From assembly GCA_020696385.1 (NCBI GenBank), contig JAEHCQ010000001.1:512001-576000 (forward strand): a stretch of 64,000 nucleotides of DNA. The letters run 5' to 3'. The translations under genes and the position numbers were made by a program. This stretch comes from Methanobacteriota archaeon (GTDB lineage Archaea; Thermoplasmatota; Thermoplasmata; SG8-5; JAGLSY01). Below the pieces are notes generated by a model. The model ran no database searches, was not told the origin of the DNA, and saw only the letters and a program-made list of their open reading frames with translations. The first letter of the stretch is position 1. Each line of letters begins with the position of its first letter. Of the stretch, positions 10,535-19,025 are shown one piece after another.

Positions 10535-11254
10535 ATGGTATTCACACTCTCAATGGCAAAGAAGAGAAGGAAGCATGAAGAAGAGAAGGAGGAGAAAGAA
10601 TACAAGTCTCCTGACTTCAATGAAAGAGAATTCCTAGAGGACGAGCTTCTCACAGGTAAAGCCACTATCATGGCCGCCCTGATATCATTACCAATAGGCA
10701 TACTCATATACATGATCGCAACACCCATGGGACAAGATAGTGCATGGATCGGCTTTGTGATGGGTATACTCGGTATCGGGTCATTATGGCTGATTCTTCC
10801 ACTCGTAAATGTAGACGTGAAGAAATTAAAACCAAAGCAATGGTTCGGCCCGATCTCGACCTACATATTCACTTTCCTCGCAGTATGGGTGCTTCTTGTC
10901 AATCCACCCTTCGCAGACCATGCTGGCCCACAATTTATCGGCATAGAAGCGGATATTGGTGGAGAATCAATGATGATTCTCGGATCGAACAACACGACCA
11001 ACAAGGTAAGTCTGAATGAGATTCATATCGATGCTGACTCTTTCGTGGTCATCGATGCGACCATCACTGACAATGATCTTATGGGATCGGCGGCCTTGTG
11101 GAAAGGAAATACACCCATTCCCATGGTGCCAGCAGGACCAGATACATACACCTGTGATGTGGGAAATATCACAGGGACAATTGTTCTGACACTTGAGGCT
11201 CGAGATTCAAGTGGGAACAATAGCACCTACGAGATCAAGGTATTTGTTGATTGA
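10535..11254 (+). CDS. Hypothetical membrane protein (about 3 TM plus C-terminal Ig-like domain)
   Basis: Charged N-terminus (PDFNEREFL), TM helices, NPPF.D motif, beta-rich C-terminus (A.D..GN). Confidence 0.75.
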   Translation: MVFTLSMAKKRRKHEEEKEEKEYKSPDFNEREFLEDELLTGKATIMAALISLPIGILIYMIATPMGQDSAWIGFVMGILGIGSLWLILPLVNVDVKKLKPKQWFGPISTYIFTFLAVWVLLVNPPFADHAGPQFIGIEADIGGESMMILGSNNTTNKVSLNEIHIDADSFVVIDATITDNDLMGSAALWKGNTPIPMVPAGPDTYTCDVGNITGTIVLTLEARDSSGNNSTYEIKVFVD

Positions 11255-11267
11255 TCATATTAAAAAA

Positions 11268-12611
11268 CTAACATACTTCCCAGGGCATTCTCTTATCCAG
11301 AAATTTGGAAAGAACATACGGTGATATCTTTTCGATAATCTCTTCATGGCCAATAAAGACCAGATCGTCCTTCAATTTGTTAAGGTTCTTTCCAATGTCC
11401 AGCTTGGGAAGATCCGATATTATGAGTTGAAATGCCCCAGTATATTTTCTTGCAATTATGACCTTCCAATTGCCATCCTCGATATAAGGGCCGGAAATTG
11501 TATTGTCATTCAATTTCCACCGCTGGATGAAGTCATTAGCATTATCATGGATCCACACAGGTGGGCCCATGTGGATCTTGGCCTTGGGAAGCGTAGCAGT
11601 TAACAATTCGATCAATATAGTTACTTTCCCCTCTTCTTCAAGAGAGGCGGAATGCAATGCACTGAAGTCATGGTTCTCCAATAATTGCACCATGCTTCTT
11701 TCGAATTTTCCCAGTTGACCATAGAATATATCGTCTATGATGTTCGGTCTTTCAAATTGAATGGCTATAATATCGGTCCTGTGGATCATTTGTCGCCTTA
11801 TCTCATCAATGGGCAGGGGCTGATAGGGCGCGGGGAAGAAGAAAGCCTCGTGAGGGTTTTTCAGGTATTCTCCGGCCGCATGTACGAACTTCGAGAAGGT
11901 ATCGAGAGAAACGGGAGATGCTACATTTCTCTTTGGATCGACTGGATCAATGAATATCAGGGCATCGGCGAACTTCGTGGAAGGTTTATCTTCAATGAAG
12001 ATCGTTTCATGCCTCCTCCACTTGCTGGCAGCTTTCAAAGAATCCTGGAATGAGCCGTATCTTATGACGAGCAATTCAGATAAATATCCTGAGAAGCCCT
12101 GGGTCTTTATCTCCGCGCCATAGACACCAGTGCCCTTCATGAACTTCTTCATCAACCTGATCTCATCCCTGATCCTTTCATCAGAGTGTTCGATCACGTA
12201 TTTGGTGTGAAATGGCGTGCGATCCACGGAAGTAAGCTTTTGACTGGCATTCATCAATCGATAGGCGGGTACGATATCGGTCTTCAGGCCCAGGAACTCA
12301 CCTTTGATGTATGGATGTTCGGCATAATGCTCCTCACCTCCCACGGCATCCTTACCAATGGATACCCCTATCTTCTCCATACTGGCTCTGTCGACAGATG
12401 GATCAAAGAGTAAGAAGAGATCAATATCCGGATTCTTCAGATGTGTGCCTTTTGCGATCGAGCCGACAAGACATAGTTCGATATCAGCCTCTTTGAAGCC
12501 AGATGTATTCATGACCTCTATTTTCAGAGCATCCACTGCATTGTTAATTTCATTTAGTTCCACCTCAGTGGGTCTTATCTTTGCAAGGATATCTTCCTCA
12601 AAGCTCATCAT
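11268..12611 (-). CDS. cca: CCA tRNA nucleotidyltransferase (archaeal class I)
   Basis: VGSIAKGT...DIDLF, YAEHPY, VDRTPFH, GFSGYL, DPVD..RNVA. Confidence 0.96.
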   Translation of the reverse strand: MMSFEEDILAKIRPTEVELNEINNAVDALKIEVMNTSGFKEADIELCLVGSIAKGTHLKNPDIDLFLLFDPSVDRASMEKIGVSIGKDAVGGEEHYAEHPYIKGEFLGLKTDIVPAYRLMNASQKLTSVDRTPFHTKYVIEHSDERIRDEIRLMKKFMKGTGVYGAEIKTQGFSGYLSELLVIRYGSFQDSLKAASKWRRHETIFIEDKPSTKFADALIFIDPVDPKRNVASPVSLDTFSKFVHAAGEYLKNPHEAFFFPAPYQPLPIDEIRRQMIHRTDIIAIQFERPNIIDDIFYGQLGKFERSMVQLLENHDFSALHSASLEEEGKVTILIELLTATLPKAKIHMGPPVWIHDNANDFIQRWKLNDNTISGPYIEDGNWKVIIARKYTGAFQLIISDLPKLDIGKNLNKLKDDLVFIGHEEIIEKISPYVLSKFLDKRMPWEVC

Positions 12612-12732
12612 TCTTCGCTAATAGCAAGACGATATTTAACTTATCCTAACATGCCCATACATTACCCAGTAAATTTCTCGTTATGACCCTAAGCAATTGG
12701 GTAATCTTTATATGGGGTAAGGATTTGCAGGT

Positions 12733-12813
12733 GATACGATGCCCGTAGGCACCCTACCTTGACCGAACTACTGTTTGGCTAACTGGGTTAGGTACCTGCA
12801 TTTGGGGGGTATC
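12733..12813 (+). ncRNA. Candidate structured small RNA or leader between cca and rps19e
   Basis: TTTATAT box at 12707-12713; nested pairings GATAC/GTATC, GATGC/GCATT, AGGCACC/GGTACCT, TTGACCGAAC/GTTTGGCTAA. Confidence 0.35.
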
Positions 12814-12920
12814 GATTCCAGAATGTGATGGTTTCCGACACACAAGTTAGAAAAATATCATATAATTTGGGCATCTTGGCCGAAAACCAAGATGGAAAAA
12901 TTCAATACTGGAGGACAAGT

Positions 12921-13376
12921 ATGACAACCGTATTCGATGTACCAGCAGACAGGTTGATCGAGCTATTGACCGAAGAACTGAAAACCAGGCCAGAGCTTAA
13001 AAAAGCAGACTGGATGGAATATGTCAAGACTGGAAGGCACAGGGAGAAAAGGCCAATGGACCCGGAATGGTGGTATAAGAGACTCGCCGCTATTCTCAGA
13101 AAGGTCTATGTACACGGCCCTGTGGGATCATCCAGACTCAGTGCTTACTTTGGTGGAAGCGCTGACAGGGGTGTGAAACCTAACAAAGCGACAAAGGGCA
13201 GTAGATCAATAGCAAGATATTCCTTAAAACAGCTAGAGCAGGCCGGACTCATCATCACAGATGGACACAAAGGCCGTAGGATCGCACCAGAGGGACAGAG
13301 GCTCCTGGACAATACCGCACACAAGGTATTGAAGGAGATGGTGAAAGACCAGCCAGAGATGGCCAAATATGATTAG
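12921..13376 (+). CDS. rps19e: 30S ribosomal protein S19e
   Basis: MTTVFDVPA, VKTG...E..P...WWY.R.AAILRKVY..GPVG; GGAGG SD before ATG 12921. Confidence 0.97.
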   Translation: MTTVFDVPADRLIELLTEELKTRPELKKADWMEYVKTGRHREKRPMDPEWWYKRLAAILRKVYVHGPVGSSRLSAYFGGSADRGVKPNKATKGSRSIARYSLKQLEQAGLIITDGHKGRRIAPEGQRLLDNTAHKVLKEMVKDQPEMAKYD

Positions 13377-13386
13377 GTGAACTGGA

Positions 13387-13722
13387 ATGGGAAGTGACGA
13401 TATAGACCTGGAAGCCATAAGGAAGAAACGATTGGCTGAGATACAGAATCAGCAACAGTCGCAGGTCGAGCAAGAGGCCATGAGAGATAGGGCGGAGCAG
13501 CAAAAACAGGCTGCAATGCGCCAGATCATGACCCCTGAAGCACGTGAAAGGTTAGCAAGGATTAAGATCGCCAAGCCAGAATTCGCGGAGCAGATAGAGG
13601 CACAATTGATAATGCTGGCCCAGAGTGGTCAGCTACAAGGCCAGGTCACGGACCAGATGCTAGTTCAGATACTTGAGAGGATCATGCCCGAAAAGAGGGA
13701 GATCAATATCAAGAGAATATAA
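13387..13722 (+). CDS. PDCD5-like DNA-binding protein (COG2118)
   Basis: [22 protein letters not shown]...KPE.A..IE..LI; conserved position after rps19e. Confidence 0.93.
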   Translation: MGSDDIDLEAIRKKRLAEIQNQQQSQVEQEAMRDRAEQQKQAAMRQIMTPEARERLARIKIAKPEFAEQIEAQLIMLAQSGQLQGQVTDQMLVQILERIMPEKREINIKRI

Positions 13723-13735
13723 TGCGGGTGATAGA

Positions 13736-13891
13736 ATGGCAACGCACAAACCACTTGGAAGAAAATTAAGATTGATGAAGGCCACGAAGCAGAACAGGCG
13801 AGTACCAGCCTGGGTAATGCAGAGGACCGACAGAAGATTCACGCGCCACCCAAAGCAGAGGCAGTGGCGTAGAAGTAAGTTGAAGAGGTAG
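13736..13891 (+). CDS. rpl39e: 50S ribosomal protein L39e
   Basis: [27 protein letters not shown]...WRRSKLK, 51 aa from ATG 13736. Confidence 0.96.
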   Translation: MATHKPLGRKLRLMKATKQNRRVPAWVMQRTDRRFTRHPKQRQWRRSKLKR

Positions 13892-14006
13892 GGATTTGAA
13901 TGCGAGAACAAGGTGATTGTAATCAGAACTTCGGAAGATCCGAAGTTTTGAATACACGAATGAATTCGCGTATTCAAAATTCCGAAATACATTGGAGGAA
14001 TTAGAA

Positions 14007-14279
14007 ATGGCTGATGATACAGAAGTGATCATGGATGTTCCCCTCAAAGGGATCAAAAGGGTTCCGAGGACAAAGAGAGCACCGCATGCGATCAAATTGA
14101 TAAAGAAGCATGTGGCAAGACACAGAAAGGTTGACATTGAGGATATCTGGATAGATGACGTACTCAATGAACATATCTGGGCCAGGGGAATACAGAAACC
14201 CCCTGTCAGGGTAAGGGTCAAGACCTCCAAATGGGAGGATGGCCGAACTGATGTCATGCTCTATGATGAGGATGAGTGA
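14007..14279 (+). CDS. rpl31e: 50S ribosomal protein L31e
   Basis: VPRTKRA..AIK.IK..V.RH, LNEHIWARGIQKPP.RVRV. Confidence 0.95.
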   Translation: MADDTEVIMDVPLKGIKRVPRTKRAPHAIKLIKKHVARHRKVDIEDIWIDDVLNEHIWARGIQKPPVRVRVKTSKWEDGRTDVMLYDEDE

Positions 14280-14349
14280 ACTTGAAAGTGCGATTTGATC
14301 ATCTCCATCGATCAAATTGCACTTTCAAATCTTTCCATCGAGGATTAAC

Positions 14350-15015
14350 ATGTTGAAAAAATACCACATGCAGGGAAATTCCTTCATAGGAGTGTTCTCT
14401 GTCGCGAACGAATCCTTTGCTTTCATACCCAATAATTCGGATGTGGATAGCCTTACAGCGATAGCTAAGGATGTCCTCAAAGTAGAGGAGGTCATAAAGA
14501 CCAATATCAATGGTTCGACACTTATCGGATCATTCATGGCTATGAATTCAAATGGAGCATTGGTCTATCCAAATATCCATGGATCGGAGATGGAAGCGAT
14601 CAAGAAAGTTATTCCAGTAACGAAATTAACCGATAGGTTCAATGCCGCAGGTAATAATATAGTGGCTAATGACAACGGAGCACTGGTGCATCCTTCTTTC
14701 AATGACGCGACTTTGGAGAGAATATCCAAGGCCCTTGAGGTTCCTGTAGCAAGAGGAACCATTGCGGGATTCAGAACCGTCGGATCTGCTGGAATGGCGA
14801 CGAACAAAGGTGCGATATGCCACCCGCATGCGACAAAAGAGGAAATGGATATAATGAGAGAGATCCTGGATGTCGAGGTCAGCTACTGCACTGCCAATTA
14901 TGGTTCTGGATTGCTGGGAGCTTGCATGATGGCAAATTCAAAGGGTGCGATAATTGGAGAGGACTCCACACCCATCGAGCTTGGAAAGGTCGAAGAAGGC
15001 CTTAAATTGTATTGA
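14350..15015 (+). CDS. eif6: Translation initiation factor 6
   Basis: IGVF..ANE, LIGS...MNSNG, GN.I.ANDNGALVHP, VGS....TNKG. Confidence 0.95.
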   Translation: MLKKYHMQGNSFIGVFSVANESFAFIPNNSDVDSLTAIAKDVLKVEEVIKTNINGSTLIGSFMAMNSNGALVYPNIHGSEMEAIKKVIPVTKLTDRFNAAGNNIVANDNGALVHPSFNDATLERISKALEVPVARGTIAGFRTVGSAGMATNKGAICHPHATKEEMDIMREILDVEVSYCTANYGSGLLGACMMANSKGAIIGEDSTPIELGKVEEGLKLY

Positions 15016-15018
15016 GCT

Positions 15019-15069
15019 TTCTAATCGCCTTCGTTCTTTATATCACTAGCGATTAGAAGAGCTAATATG
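15019..15069 (+). repeat. Dispersed 10-20-10 inverted-repeat element, copy 2
   Basis: TTCTAATCGC (15019-15028), N20, GCGATTAGAA (15049-15058), then tail GAGCTAATATG. Confidence 0.9.
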
Positions 15070-15147
15070 TTTCTATTTTTAATCCTATCAAAGTATTTGC
15101 TACATGGCCTTGAATGGGAACTTTCAGGTCCTTTAGGATCTGATCGT

Positions 15148-15786
15148 TCACAGAGAAAACATCCATATCTCTTGTTCCTCGGGGATATCCTCGCCAGTGA
15201 ACTCGATCTCATTGCCCACCTTGATCAATTCCCGTTCACCAGCTCCCTCCAGGAAACCATCTATCGGAGCTATTGAAAGTGAAAGACCTCCGACACGATA
15301 ATGCATTGGAACTATCACTTTTGGCTTGATGGCATTGATCACATTCCACGCACCTTCGGCATCAAGCGTGAAGGTTCCTCCCACTGGACAGAAGAGCGCA
15401 TCGACATCTCCTATGGCCTTGACGGATTCGTCACTCAAAAGCTCTCCAAGATCCCCAAGATGGCAGAATCTCATGCCATTTATTTCGAATATGAAGATTA
15501 TATTGGAGCCACGCTTTTCTCCCTTCACCTCATCATGGAAGGTATTCACGCCATAGATCTTGATCCCATTCTCATCTCTGAGTTCGGGGGTGGAGATTAT
15601 CTTGACATTGGAGCCTCTCACCAGTCTTCCACAATTATGGTCGAAGTGGTCATGGCTCTGCAATACGATATCGGCAGTGACATCCGGAGGTCTTATGCCT
15701 ATTGATTTCCCATCATGAGCGTCTGTTACAATTGTAGTTCCATTTGATATTTCAAAACATGAATGTCCGTGCCATCTGATCATCAT
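15148..15786 (-). CDS. MBL-fold metallo-hydrolase
   Basis: W.GHSCF, SHDHFDH, HLGDLG, PVGG, PMHY. Confidence 0.9.
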   Translation of the reverse strand: MMIRWHGHSCFEISNGTTIVTDAHDGKSIGIRPPDVTADIVLQSHDHFDHNCGRLVRGSNVKIISTPELRDENGIKIYGVNTFHDEVKGEKRGSNIIFIFEINGMRFCHLGDLGELLSDESVKAIGDVDALFCPVGGTFTLDAEGAWNVINAIKPKVIVPMHYRVGGLSLSIAPIDGFLEGAGERELIKVGNEIEFTGEDIPEEQEIWMFSL

Positions 15787-15916
15787 TTTTAATCTCCCCT
15801 ATTTGGTATATGCTAATTGCTATCAATATATTTAATTTTAACTCGGTTTATTCAGTTAACCATGGTTTTTTAGATAAGGAAATAAAGCCAAAATGAAATA
15901 AGATGGGATAAATTGA

Positions 15917-18250
15917 TCATCCCATCTTATTCCAAAGGGTCTCTCGCCAGGCCTTATCCAATTTCTCAAGTTCAATGTCTATCAAGGTAGACCCATTATG
16001 GGATACCTTCAGAGACTGACCACCAGTTGTACCCAGCTTCGAGATTGGCATTCCGGACATCTTTTCCTCGAATTCCGTTTCAGCGCCTCGAACGACCTCG
16101 ACAAGCCATCTGGTATTTGATTCTGAATAAAGCTCGACAGAAGCAATCTGATCTGAATCGATATTCAGATCCGCCCCTACTCCGCCTCCGATACACATCT
16201 CGGAGATGGACACAGCCAACCCCCCATCAGATATATCATGACAGGCCAGGACATGTCCTTCATCCATCACAGCCAGTACTTTGTCGATGGAATTCTGCAA
16301 ATGAGCTATGTCCACATCCGGGGCATTGTTACAAAAGCCATCGTATTTGCGATATAGCAATGAACCACCCATCTCGTCCTTCGTCTCCCCGATCAGGTAT
16401 ATGGAACTGCCATGGGATTTGATATCGGCTGTTATCGCCTTTCTGATATCCGGAACTATACCAACGCCCATAACTGTGACAGTGGGCAGAATGCTGCCCA
16501 TAGCTGTCTCATTGTAGAAACTGACATTGCCGGATGGTATCGGAAGATCCAATGCCTCGGCAACCTCGCCCAGTCCTTTTACAGCTTGATGGAACTCCCC
16601 CAATCTTTCAGGGATCTCCGGATTGCCAAAGTTCAGGCAATTTGAAAGTGAATGGGGTCTACCGCCAACAGCGACAATGTTCCTGCACATCTCGTCCATC
16701 ACACTCTTTCCACCCTTCAGAGGGTCCACGGAAGTCAACCATGGATTTGCAGCAACCGCGATGGCGAGTCCTCGCCACGAATCTGCAACTGGCTTCATAA
16801 CAGAAGCATCGCCGTGAGTGCTATGTCGAATATCTCCCTGAAGTGGTTTTATCGCAGTCGAGCCTCTCACTTCATGATCATATTGCCTGATCAGCCATTC
16901 CTTCGAACAAACATTGGCATCGGATAGGAGATCGAGCAAAATATCGACATTATCACTTGGAAGCACTGGTAATTTGGTCTCGGCCTTCAGATCGGGCTTG
17001 ACATGTGCCATTGGTCTACAATATTCTGGTCCCCCAGTAAGGAATTCCAGGTCAACCTCGAGAATGACGGTGCCATCAAAGAACACACGGGCTATTTTCT
17101 CGGGGATCACCTTGCCCATGAGAGTGGCTGGTACATCATATTTCTTGAAGACCTGCATGACCTTGTCAATATTATCATCTGAAACAGCCAGCATCATCCT
17201 TTCCTGCGATTCGGAGACCCATATCTCCCAGGGAAGAAGTCCTTCTTCCTTGGTTGGGACTCGATCCAGATGCACATCGACACCATATCCGGCGGCAAAG
17301 GCCAGCTCTCCACAGACACATGATAATCCACCCCCACCCAGGTCTTTCATACCTGTGATAAGCTTCTTCTGACCAACCTCTAAGATGGCGTGTATAAGTG
17401 GCTCTTTCATAATGGGGTCGCCCAGCTGGACCGCCCCTCTTGATTCTGTTTCTGATTTGTCGGTAAGCACGGCGGAGGCAAAGGTAACGCCGTGTATTCC
17501 ATCACGGCCAGTGAATCCTCCCACCAGGATCAGATTATCTCCAACCCCTCCGACCTTATTCTCATAAAGGTCCTCTTTCTTGGCTATTCCCACACAGCCG
17601 ACATTGACCAGGCAATTGCCCAGATATGAATCGTCAAAATATACTCCACCGCTGACAGTGGGTATTCCGATCCTGTTACCATAGTCCCTGATACCCGATA
17701 CCACCCCGCTAAGAAGGTATGTGGGGTGTTTCGTACCCTTCGGGATCTGATCATGCGGATGATCCAGTGAGCCGAAGAAAAGAGGGTCTATGAGAGCTAT
17801 TGGCTGACATCCCATGCATAGGACATCCCTGACAATTCCCCCTATGCCAGTTGCTGCTCCCCCATATGGTTCGACAGCACTTGGGTGATTGTGTGACTCG
17901 ATTCTCAATGAGTACGCGTACTTCTCATCGAACTCCATCACACCGGCATCTCCACGGTCTATCACCTGTGAATTATCGATGCCGAATACGAAATCCCTCA
18001 AGATGGATTTCGAACTTTTGTAACAGCAATGTTCGGACCATGCCTGGCCAAGGGATTGTAACTCAACATCAGTGGGGTTTCGGCCTAGGGTATCAAAATG
18101 TAATTTGATCCTCTTGAGCTCGTCCACACTGAGGCCTGTTCCACTTTCCTGGCCAAGAGCCTCAAGGTCATCATCACTGGCCTTGTCAAGCAAGACCTCG
18201 AAGAAAGGGAATGAGGCTTCCAGTTTCTTGTACAGATGATCGGCTTTCAA
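15917..18250 (-). CDS. purL: Phosphoribosylformylglycinamidine synthase subunit PurL
   Basis: WSEHCCYKSS, ESHNHPSAVEPYGGAATG, DLGGGGL, SESQERM, SGNVSFYN, HDISDGG. Confidence 0.97.
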   Translation of the reverse strand: MKADHLYKKLEASFPFFEVLLDKASDDDLEALGQESGTGLSVDELKRIKLHFDTLGRNPTDVELQSLGQAWSEHCCYKSSKSILRDFVFGIDNSQVIDRGDAGVMEFDEKYAYSLRIESHNHPSAVEPYGGAATGIGGIVRDVLCMGCQPIALIDPLFFGSLDHPHDQIPKGTKHPTYLLSGVVSGIRDYGNRIGIPTVSGGVYFDDSYLGNCLVNVGCVGIAKKEDLYENKVGGVGDNLILVGGFTGRDGIHGVTFASAVLTDKSETESRGAVQLGDPIMKEPLIHAILEVGQKKLITGMKDLGGGGLSCVCGELAFAAGYGVDVHLDRVPTKEEGLLPWEIWVSESQERMMLAVSDDNIDKVMQVFKKYDVPATLMGKVIPEKIARVFFDGTVILEVDLEFLTGGPEYCRPMAHVKPDLKAETKLPVLPSDNVDILLDLLSDANVCSKEWLIRQYDHEVRGSTAIKPLQGDIRHSTHGDASVMKPVADSWRGLAIAVAANPWLTSVDPLKGGKSVMDEMCRNIVAVGGRPHSLSNCLNFGNPEIPERLGEFHQAVKGLGEVAEALDLPIPSGNVSFYNETAMGSILPTVTVMGVGIVPDIRKAITADIKSHGSSIYLIGETKDEMGGSLLYRKYDGFCNNAPDVDIAHLQNSIDKVLAVMDEGHVLACHDISDGGLAVSISEMCIGGGVGADLNIDSDQIASVELYSESNTRWLVEVVRGAETEFEEKMSGMPISKLGTTGGQSLKVSHNGSTLIDIELEKLDKAWRETLWNKMG

Positions 18251-18252
18251 TC

Positions 18253-18501
18253 CTACACCTCTTTGATGTTTATCAGAGGAATGTGGATAACCGGATTAGC
18301 GAGAAGCTTGACACACATATCATCCATCATGGCTTTGGCCTCGGCTTCCGAACTGGCATCCAGAGTTATCGTGAAAAACTTAGAGGTCTTCACTTCTGTA
18401 ACCTTGTCAAAACCCAATAGGTCCAATGCCTTCTTGGTATTCTTTCCCTCTGGATCGGCTACTCCTTTCTTTAGCTCCACTCTTACTTCTGCTTCGAACA
18501 T
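18253..18501 (-). CDS. purS: FGAM synthase subunit PurS
   Basis: LKKGVADPEG, LLANPVI. Confidence 0.95.
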   Translation of the reverse strand: MFEAEVRVELKKGVADPEGKNTKKALDLLGFDKVTEVKTSKFFTITLDASSEAEAKAMMDDMCVKLLANPVIHIPLINIKEV

Positions 18502-18532
18502 GGTATCACTGTGGAAGGTGATAACAACGAGC

Positions 18533-18912
18533 TATTAATTATTACCGAACGAGCATGTGAGGGCGAGTTTTTTTTTGGATTGGAAACCTTGTTCTTTTGG
18601 AGCCCGAGCCAGCACAGTGAGGTTAAAAGAAAAGGCTTCCGGGGGTAGCAAAGACATATTAATTATTACCGAACGAGCATGTGAGGGCGAGTTTTTTTTT
18701 GGATTGGAAACCTTGTTCTTTTTTAGTTGTTGACAAAGTCCATGCAACTATTTTGTCAAGCTTGCTTGATTAGGGAGCCCGAGCCAGCACAGTGAGGTTG
18801 AGGGCTCAATAAAGCTAAAGCATTGTGAGCCCTTATTGAATACATTCCAAGCTAATACCTAGGTATTATAGCTTGGAGATATTCGATAAAAGAAAAGGCT
18901 TCCGGGGGTAGC
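18533..18912 (+). repeat. Tandem modular repeat: compact copy (18533-18649) and copy with two hairpin inserts (18657-18912)
   Basis: Three blocks are identical in both copies; the second copy carries inserts 18723-18773 and 18800-18887; GCTATTAAT flanks the array (18531, 18918). Confidence 0.9.
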
Positions 18913-19025
18913 GAGGGGCTATTAATGATTTATTGAATAATCCTACTATAATCCTTAAGGATTACAGAATCTGAAAGCTATGTGTCAAAAACTTAATATT
19001 GGACATTTGTATTGACTCGAGTACA

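Noticed and set aside
18533-18912. CRISPR array
   Set aside because: Only two copies of three different blocks, irregular spacing and no cas genes; no repeat-spacer periodicity seen anywhere in the window.
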